Shown in pieces: positions 36,707 to 42,504 of a stretch of DNA of 42,504 nucleotides. Positions within the stretch are counted from its first letter, which is position 1, and each line of letters starts with the position of its first letter. The notes beneath the pieces were generated by a model that ran no database searches, was not told the origin of the DNA, and saw nothing but the letters and a program-made list of their open reading frames with translations. The position numbers and the translations under genes are program-made. This stretch comes from Nanobdellati archaeon (GTDB lineage: Archaea; Nanobdellota; Nanobdellia; Woesearchaeales; JAADFO01): assembly GCA_013152815.1 (NCBI GenBank), contig JAADFO010000016.1, positions 1 to 42,504 on the forward strand, read 5' to 3'.

Positions 36707-37279
36707 ATGAAAAGCGTCATCAAGAAAGAGGTCAGGGTGATGGGCATCGATGATGCGCCCTTCACCAAGGGCTCACGAAGAGATACCATGATCCTGGGGA
36801 CCATCTTCCGGGGAGGCCAGTTCATGGACGGTATCGTCTCCACCAAGGCGAGAGTCGACGGCAACAATGCCACGAAGAAGATCATCGAGATGGTCAACCG
36901 TACGAAATTCAAGCCACAGCTCCAGGCACTCATCCTCGACGGGATCGCCGTCGGAGGGTTCAACGTCATCGATGTGGAACGCCTGAACAAGACGACAGGG
37001 ATAGGGGTCATCGTGGTCATGCGGAACTATCCCGACTTCAAGAAGATCCATCGGGCACTCCGCAAGCTGAAGATGGAGAAGAAGATCGGACTCCTGGAGA
37101 AAGCAGGAGAAGTGCGCAGGGAAGGTAAGATCCATTTCCAGGTCAAGGGGATGCATCCGGATACCGCAAGGCTCATCCTCCGGACCGTGACCACCCGGGC
37201 CTATGTCCCTGAACCCATCCGTGTCGCTCACCTCATCTGCTCAGGCGTCGTCGACGGAGAGTCAAGGGGACGGGCGTAG
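36707..37279 (+). CDS. DUF99/UPF0215 family protein (endonuclease V-like, 'endonuclease dU')
   Basis: RVMGIDDAPF...VDGNNAT...ILDGIAVGGFNVID...PEPIRVAHLI; start at MKSVIKKE. Confidence 0.9.
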   Translation: MKSVIKKEVRVMGIDDAPFTKGSRRDTMILGTIFRGGQFMDGIVSTKARVDGNNATKKIIEMVNRTKFKPQLQALILDGIAVGGFNVIDVERLNKTTGIGVIVVMRNYPDFKKIHRALRKLKMEKKIGLLEKAGEVRREGKIHFQVKGMHPDTARLILRTVTTRAYVPEPIRVAHLICSGVVDGESRGRA

Positions 37280-37337
37280 ACACACAGGGGAATCATATTC
37301 TTTTCTCCTTTCTGTTCAGAAATACAATCTGGATACA

Positions 37338-38669
37338 TCAATGTTTTAGATTCTTGAAGAAATGACGGAAACAGGATCCTACATAGTCCATCTCTTCCTT
37401 GCCAAGCTGGGGATGGATACCTATCCAAAAGGTCTGTTCCATGATAATGTCCGTATTAGTGAGTTTCCCGGAAACACGATAAGAGATGTCCTTGAAGTAA
37501 GGCTGGCGTGTCAGGTTTCCTCCGAAAAGCATCCTGGTCATGATTCCCTTCGACTCGAGAAAAATAACCAAATCCTTTCGCTTCACCGAACTCCATTTCA
37601 TGGTTATGGGAAAACCGAACCAAGCAGGGTCGGATCCGTGAATCGTTTGGGGAAGCAGCAGGAAGTCCTCATGGGAACGGAGCAACCTGCTCATCTGGTC
37701 GAAATTCTTCTTTCTTTGCTGCAGGAAAGCAGGAAGTTTTTTCAGTTGGGCAAGTCCTATGGCAGCCTGCATATCTGTCCATTTCAGATTATATCCCAGA
37801 TGGGAATAGATGTATTTATGATCATACCCCAAAGGAAGATCGCCAAGTTTCCATCCAAAGCGCTGGCCACATGTATTATCATGTCCCGGATCGCACCAAC
37901 AGTCACGTCCCCAGTCACGCAGGGATTCCAGGACACGTTTGAAAAGGGGTTTGTCGGTCACCACAGCTCCGCCTTCCCCGGTTGTGATGTGATGGGCGGG
38001 GTAGAAACTGAAGGTAGCCATATCACCAAATGTCCCGACCTTCTTTCCATCAAAGGTCGAACCGAGCGCATCACAGCAATCCTCGATCAGGTAAAGACCA
38101 TGTTCATCGCAGAGCTTTCTCACTGCAGATACATCAAAAGGATTGCCCAGCGTATGGGCAAGAAAGACTGCCCGTGTCTTCTCTCCGATGGCCGCCCGTA
38201 TCTTATCAACAGAAGCGTTATAGGTGCCCAGTTCGACATCGACAAAGACAGGCAAGAGACCGTTCTGGACGATGGGATTGACGGTCGTGGGAAACCCCGC
38301 AGCGACGGTGATGATCTCATCCCCTTTTTTCAGCCGCTTCTTTTCAGGAAGCAGGGGTGAGGTCAATGCAGAGACGGCCAACAGCGTTGCAGAAGAACCC
38401 GAATTGGTAGGGACCACATATTTCAGTCCGAGAAATGATGCGAGTTCTGCAGAGAATGCCCGATGGAACCGTCCTTCTGTCCACCAGCCATCGAGGACAG
38501 CATCGACCGCCATGATGAGCTCTTCCTCATCGAACACCTTGCCAGAGGGAGGAATCTTCGGGTTGTCTTTGGAGAAAGCCGGCTTCTGAAATCTCAGGCC
38601 ATAATAGTCCCCAATCTTCTTCAGGATGTCTTTTTTCAGCATGTCGGATTGTTCTTGGCCTTCGGTCAC
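37338..38669 (-). CDS. rfbH: CDP-4-keto-6-deoxy-D-glucose 3-dehydratase (E1; RfbH/DdhC/AscC)
   Basis: FSFYPAHHITTGEGG (His in place of the PLP Lys), RDWGRDCWCDPGHDNTCGQRF Fe-S motif, YDHKYIYSHLGYNLK. Confidence 0.93.
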   Translation of the reverse strand: MTEGQEQSDMLKKDILKKIGDYYGLRFQKPAFSKDNPKIPPSGKVFDEEELIMAVDAVLDGWWTEGRFHRAFSAELASFLGLKYVVPTNSGSSATLLAVSALTSPLLPEKKRLKKGDEIITVAAGFPTTVNPIVQNGLLPVFVDVELGTYNASVDKIRAAIGEKTRAVFLAHTLGNPFDVSAVRKLCDEHGLYLIEDCCDALGSTFDGKKVGTFGDMATFSFYPAHHITTGEGGAVVTDKPLFKRVLESLRDWGRDCWCDPGHDNTCGQRFGWKLGDLPLGYDHKYIYSHLGYNLKWTDMQAAIGLAQLKKLPAFLQQRKKNFDQMSRLLRSHEDFLLLPQTIHGSDPAWFGFPITMKWSSVKRKDLVIFLESKGIMTRMLFGGNLTRQPYFKDISYRVSGKLTNTDIIMEQTFWIGIHPQLGKEEMDYVGSCFRHFFKNLKH

Positions 38670-39565
38670 GGGATTGCCTCCTTGACATTGATGTCTGCGA
38701 TGACAGACCTCAGATCATCGAGTTCTTTGTCCAATGAGGGCAGGGAGAATCCAAGACGCTTTTGGATAAGTGCATTGACGGTGCTACAGTTCAGTGGTCT
38801 CTGAGCGACCTGCCCCAGGTCGGTGGTCAGGACAGGATGGATAAACGAAGTGCCCCAACCGAAAGCATCAGCTATACGCAGGGCAAAATGATATCGATCG
38901 AGAGCGACATTTCCTGTTGCGTTATAGGTCCCTTCCAGACCTTTGTCGATGCTTCGCCGTATCACTTCCACCAAGGTCTTTATGTAGGTCGGGTTGCTGA
39001 TCTGATCGCTCGGCACAAGCATCCTTTCCTTGGAAGCCTGTTTCCGGTAGAGTTGCATGAAGAAATTATGGCCGTGGGGGTCCCATCCAAAGATTACGGT
39101 TGAGCGTAGGATAAGTGCATGCTCCTGCTGTTTTCTTACTAGTTTTTCTGCTTCAAGCTTGGTCTGGCCATAATACGAACCAGGAAGGACAGGACTTTCT
39201 TCAGTGTAAGTACCATCAGTACCAGGATAGACATAGTCGGTCGAAAGATAGATAAAATAGGTTTCCTTGTTTATCGCATTGAGAATGTTTGCAGTGGCCT
39301 GGACATTGTTCAGGCGGGCCTCTTCCTGGTGAGTCTCACAGTACTCAACATTGGTGAGCGCTGCACAATGGATGATGATGTCTGGTTTCAGCCTTGACAC
39401 AAGAACAAGGGTCTTTTCTGCATCGGTAAGATCTATGAGCTCATCGGTGGTCGGAGAAGGATTTCGCGAAAGACCGGTCACCCTGAAACTCCCTTTCAAA
39501 GCATGATAAAGATTCGAACCGACAAAGCCCGAAGAACCTGTTATGACCAGATGTTCCTTAGCCAT
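38666..39565 (-). CDS. NDP-4-keto-sugar reductase, RmlD-like SDR
   Basis: ITGSSGFVG, HCAALTNVEYCE, YLSTDYVY, YGQTKLEAE, DQISNPT. Confidence 0.88.
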   Translation of the reverse strand: MAKEHLVITGSSGFVGSNLYHALKGSFRVTGLSRNPSPTTDELIDLTDAEKTLVLVSRLKPDIIIHCAALTNVEYCETHQEEARLNNVQATANILNAINKETYFIYLSTDYVYPGTDGTYTEESPVLPGSYYGQTKLEAEKLVRKQQEHALILRSTVIFGWDPHGHNFFMQLYRKQASKERMLVPSDQISNPTYIKTLVEVIRRSIDKGLEGTYNATGNVALDRYHFALRIADAFGWGTSFIHPVLTTDLGQVAQRPLNCSTVNALIQKRLGFSLPSLDKELDDLRSVIADINVKEAIP

Positions 39566-40007
39566 GCTTCAACTCCCAGGAGTAGGGTATCTTTTTGGTG
39601 AAAGGATCTTCTCTCATGATCTCATCTGGATCATGGGGTTCTGTTGCACAGTTGGCCACGATGGCAGGGATCGACCCTACTCCTTTGAACCCATTATAGA
39701 CCATGGGCGGTATCTTCACGAGCGTATAGTTGTCCTCTCCGATGAAAAGCTCCATTATTTCCCCTCTTGTCGGTGAATCCTTCCGGTCATCGAATAGCAC
39801 AAGCTTTATCTGACCTTTCACAACCGCATAGTTGAGAGTCATCTTCCTATGGATATGCCAGGCCTTGATTGCCCCGGGATTGACCACAGAGAAATAGATC
39901 TCGCCGAACCTCTCGAAAAGAGGGTCATCATTCCTGAGCATGTGCATGATCTTTCCTCGCTCGTCAGGAATCTGCTTCAGTGGTTTTATGGAGACACCAT
40001 CGATCAT
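39558..40007 (-). CDS. NDP-4-keto-6-deoxy-sugar 3,5-epimerase family (RmlC-like cupin)
   Basis: IPDERG, EIYFS..PGAIKAWHIH, LFDDRKDSPT, VKIPPMVYNGF. Confidence 0.88.
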   Translation of the reverse strand: MIDGVSIKPLKQIPDERGKIMHMLRNDDPLFERFGEIYFSVVNPGAIKAWHIHRKMTLNYAVVKGQIKLVLFDDRKDSPTRGEIMELFIGEDNYTLVKIPPMVYNGFKGVGSIPAIVANCATEPHDPDEIMREDPFTKKIPYSWELKHG

Positions 40008-40088
40008 TGTCTCATCCTCCGTGTTGGCTTGTTGTTTTCCTGATGAAGTGCATCTGAAAAGATGATTTCAGCAGATATTCTTTGATAG

Positions 40089-41069
40089 CTATGCGAAATG
40101 TTTGCGATACCAAGGAATGGTCATCGTCAGACCTTCTGAAATCGAGGTACGTGGTTTCCAACCGAGCATCTTTGTTGCCTTCTCACTTGACAGATACTGA
40201 TCATGGATCTCGTTCTTTACCTTGTCTTGGATGAGCGGCTGGAGTCGTGACCCCATCACTTTCTGGATAGCAGCGACGACCTCCAACACGGATAAAGGCC
40301 TGTTCATGCCAAAATTGAAGATGTCAGACTTCGCTTTACCATCCAGATGCTCAGCTGCTCTCAGATAACCGTCAACAATATCCTCAACATAAAGATAATC
40401 TCTCTGGAACGTGCCGTCGCTGCGGATGACGGGTCGTTGACCACGAAGAATCGAACGGATTGTTCCGGGAATAAGACGGTCAAAATTTGTGTCTCCACCG
40501 CCGTAGATATTGCCGCATCGCGTGATATGAAGAGGGAGCCCATAACTATGGGCATATGTCTGAGCAAGGAGATCTGCGCTTGCCTTTGAAGCATCATAAG
40601 GATGGAGCGGTTTCAGGGCAAAATCTTCAGTGTAGGGCAGTTTTTCATGGGAACCATAGACCTTATCGGTGGAAGCGATGATCGTGCGCTCCACCAGCGG
40701 GCTGAGACGGATCGCTTCCAGCATATTCCATGTACCGACCACATTCGCATTGAAGGTTGAACGAGGACTTCTCAGAGCAGTCGTAACGATGGTCTGCGCG
40801 CCAAGATGGAAGACCGTGTCAATCTCATATTCATTAAGCGTCCGTTCAATATCATCATAGGACTCCAAAGAACCCCGCACAATGTTGACCTTGGAAACAT
40901 CGCCAGAAAGGAAAAGTTCTGAATGGCCAACCTGATCCCTCAAAAGGATTGATATGTCTGCTTTCTTTTGGATGAGGGCTTTTGTGAGCCAAGAACCGAC
41001 GATGCCAGAGGCTCCTGTGATGAAGACTTTTCTGCCTTCCCAAAACCTGTCATTTACCACGTCCGCCAT
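40089..41069 (-). CDS. rfbG: CDP-glucose 4,6-dehydratase-like SDR (RfbG-like)
   Basis: FWEGRKVFITGASGIVGSWL, HLGAQTIV, ASTDKVYG, PYDASK, RCGNIYGGGD. Confidence 0.8.
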   Translation of the reverse strand: MADVVNDRFWEGRKVFITGASGIVGSWLTKALIQKKADISILLRDQVGHSELFLSGDVSKVNIVRGSLESYDDIERTLNEYEIDTVFHLGAQTIVTTALRSPRSTFNANVVGTWNMLEAIRLSPLVERTIIASTDKVYGSHEKLPYTEDFALKPLHPYDASKASADLLAQTYAHSYGLPLHITRCGNIYGGGDTNFDRLIPGTIRSILRGQRPVIRSDGTFQRDYLYVEDIVDGYLRAAEHLDGKAKSDIFNFGMNRPLSVLEVVAAIQKVMGSRLQPLIQDKVKNEIHDQYLSSEKATKMLGWKPRTSISEGLTMTIPWYRKHFA

Positions 41070-41824
41070 GGGATATGCTCCTCGCTGTACGCTTCATTCA
41101 GATCTTCATAGTCCTTATAGGTATCCATGGAATGCCAATAACCCTCATGATGATAGATGGCCAGGTTCTCTTCTTTGGCCAGATCGGGAAGGGTCTTGTC
41201 GACCAGCATGGCATCCTGTTTCACATCGATACGGTCAAAGATGGCCTTCTCAAAGACCATGAACCCTCCATTGATGACATCATCAAGTATGGGCTTTTCC
41301 TTGAATTCGGAGACAAGACCCCCATCGACCTTGAGGACACCATATTTTGAGATAGGATGAAGGCCAGTTATGGTCGCCAGCTTCTTCTTCTGCTCATGAA
41401 ACGCCAGAAGCTTCTTGATGTTGATGTCTGCAAGCCCGTCTCCATAGGTCAACATGAACCGGTCCCCATCAATATGTGGAGCTACCCGTTTGAGCCTGCC
41501 AGCTGTCAGTGTCTTCTTTCCTGTATCGACAAAGGTGATGTTCCAGTCGAGCATGTCCTTCTTGTGGATGGTGAGTTCATCTGGATGTTTCAGATTCATG
41601 GAAAAATCGTGGGACATCCACTGGTAATTTTTGAAATAATGCTTAATCAGCTCCCCCTTATAGCCAAGTGCCAGGACAAAATCCTTGTACCCCTGGGAAG
41701 CATAAATCTTCATGATATGCCAGAGAATGGGCTTGTTCCCTATTTCAACGAGTGGCTTAGGTATGAACTCTGTCTCTTCACGCAACCTGGTGCCTTTCCC
41801 ACCACAAAGAATGACTACTTTCAT
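41054..41824 (-). CDS. rfbF: Glucose-1-phosphate cytidylyltransferase
   Basis: VVILCGGKGTRLREETEFIPKPLVEIGNKPILWHIMKIY, VDTG..TLTAGRLKRV, FMLTYGDG, HEGYWHSMDT. Confidence 0.93.
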   Translation of the reverse strand: MKVVILCGGKGTRLREETEFIPKPLVEIGNKPILWHIMKIYASQGYKDFVLALGYKGELIKHYFKNYQWMSHDFSMNLKHPDELTIHKKDMLDWNITFVDTGKKTLTAGRLKRVAPHIDGDRFMLTYGDGLADINIKKLLAFHEQKKKLATITGLHPISKYGVLKVDGGLVSEFKEKPILDDVINGGFMVFEKAIFDRIDVKQDAMLVDKTLPDLAKEENLAIYHHEGYWHSMDTYKDYEDLNEAYSEEHIPWRTW

Positions 41825-41995
41825 GAAACATTACCCCCTCTATGCAGTTCTATGTGCAGTTCTATGGGAAGATTGTGATTCTGAGGCATTTATATACTTT
41901 ACTCTTGCTAGGATACTGACAAGATGCCGAGAGTCTGGCTCAAACAGACGAAAAGAATATAACCTGAAGTGTTACCTTGCATCGGGGATCTCCAA

Positions 41996-42504
41996 GTGAA
42001 AAGAAAGCAACTGCTGTCCATAATCATACCGGCATATAATGAGGAGAACAGGATAGGAAGCACACTCCGGGCCATCAAAGAGTATTGCAACAGGAAGAGG
42101 CTCAACTATGAGATCATCATCGTCGATGACGGAAGCAATGACAGGACAAGGACAATAGTCGAAAAGGCAAAGGACCGCCATATCCGTCTGGTCTCCTACG
42201 GAAAGAACAGGGGAAAAGGCTTTGCTGTGCGGTTCGGCATGGGAAAGGCCAGAGGAGACCTCCTTCTCTTCTCTGATGCTGACCTGTCCACACCCATCGA
42301 AGAGCTTGACAAGTTCCTTCCGCTGGCAGAAAGGTTCGATGTCCTCATCGGTTCCCGCAATCTCAGAGGATCAGATATCAGAATAAGGCAGCCCTGGTAC
42401 CGAAGGATTCCCGGAAAGATATTTTCCATCATCACGAGGGTCCTGCTGCTTCCCGGAATAAAAGACAGCCAGTGCGGCTTCAAGCTGTTCACCAGGAAAG
42501 CTGC
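41996..42504 (+). CDS. GT2 glycosyltransferase, dolichyl-phosphate beta-glucosyltransferase-like (3'-truncated, not in the ORF track)
   Basis: Manual translation from GTG: MKRKQLLSIIIPAYNEENRI...IIVDDGSNDRT...NRGKGFAVRFG...LFSDADLSTP...IGSR...DSQCGFKLF. Confidence 0.9.
   Translation, partial: MKRKQLLSIIIPAYNEENRIGSTLRAIKEYCNRKRLNYEIIIVDDGSNDRTRTIVEKAKDRHIRLVSYGKNRGKGFAVRFGMGKARGDLLLFSDADLSTPIEELDKFLPLAERFDVLIGSRNLRGSDIRIRQPWYRRIPGKIFSIITRVLLLPGIKDSQCGFKLFTRKA

Noticed and set aside
37362..38360. 332-aa + strand ORF
   Set aside because: Lies antisense to rfbH and has no recognisable motifs.
41843..41866. 12-nt tandem repeat TGCAGTTCTATG x2 upstream of rfbF
   Set aside because: Only two copies with no spacer; not CRISPR-like, and no function can be supported.
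1..42504. CRISPR array, tRNA/rRNA, IS element or integrase
   Set aside because: No regularly spaced repeats, cloverleaf or rRNA-like segments, or transposase/recombinase motifs were seen by eye; a covariance-model scan would be needed to exclude small RNAs.

Overview
Archaeal DNA, most likely a DPANN/Woesearchaeota-like genome. This is inferred from TATA/BRE promoters, GGTG(A)/GGAGG ribosome-binding sites, ATGA gene overlaps, DUF99, a stand-alone Lrp ligand-binding domain and a Dol-P glycosyltransferase. About 34 kb (1-33.8 kb) is one cell-surface island. On the + strand: a 5'-truncated giant (>2,500 aa) Ig-repeat/DUF2341 protein, seven paralogous secreted ~250-aa proteins (W-x-G/A-Y/F-x-GN ... 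one Cys pair ... C-terminal YYFYVEL-like strand) and three copies of a second Cys-rich secreted domain. These are arranged in cassettes, three of them headed by their own HTH regulator, and two of those have palindromic operator-like sites. On the - strand: membrane-anchored Ig/cadherin/FN3 proteins, a DUF916/PapD-like candidate assembly or anchor protein, a ~1,077-aa surface protein split by a frameshift in a short (AC)n tract, and four tandem ribbon-helix-helix genes, two of them absent from the ORF track. The best candidate for an undescribed system is this regulated, multi-subunit, signal-peptidase-I-type (non-type-IV) surface filament or lattice locus; its function is inference. The rest encodes a stand-alone AglB-C-terminal-like lipoprotein, MscS, Lrp, DUF99, a CDP-3,6-dideoxyhexose pathway (rfbF/rfbG/epimerase/reductase/rfbH) and a 3'-truncated GT2. 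No rRNA, tRNA, CRISPR array or transposase was seen.
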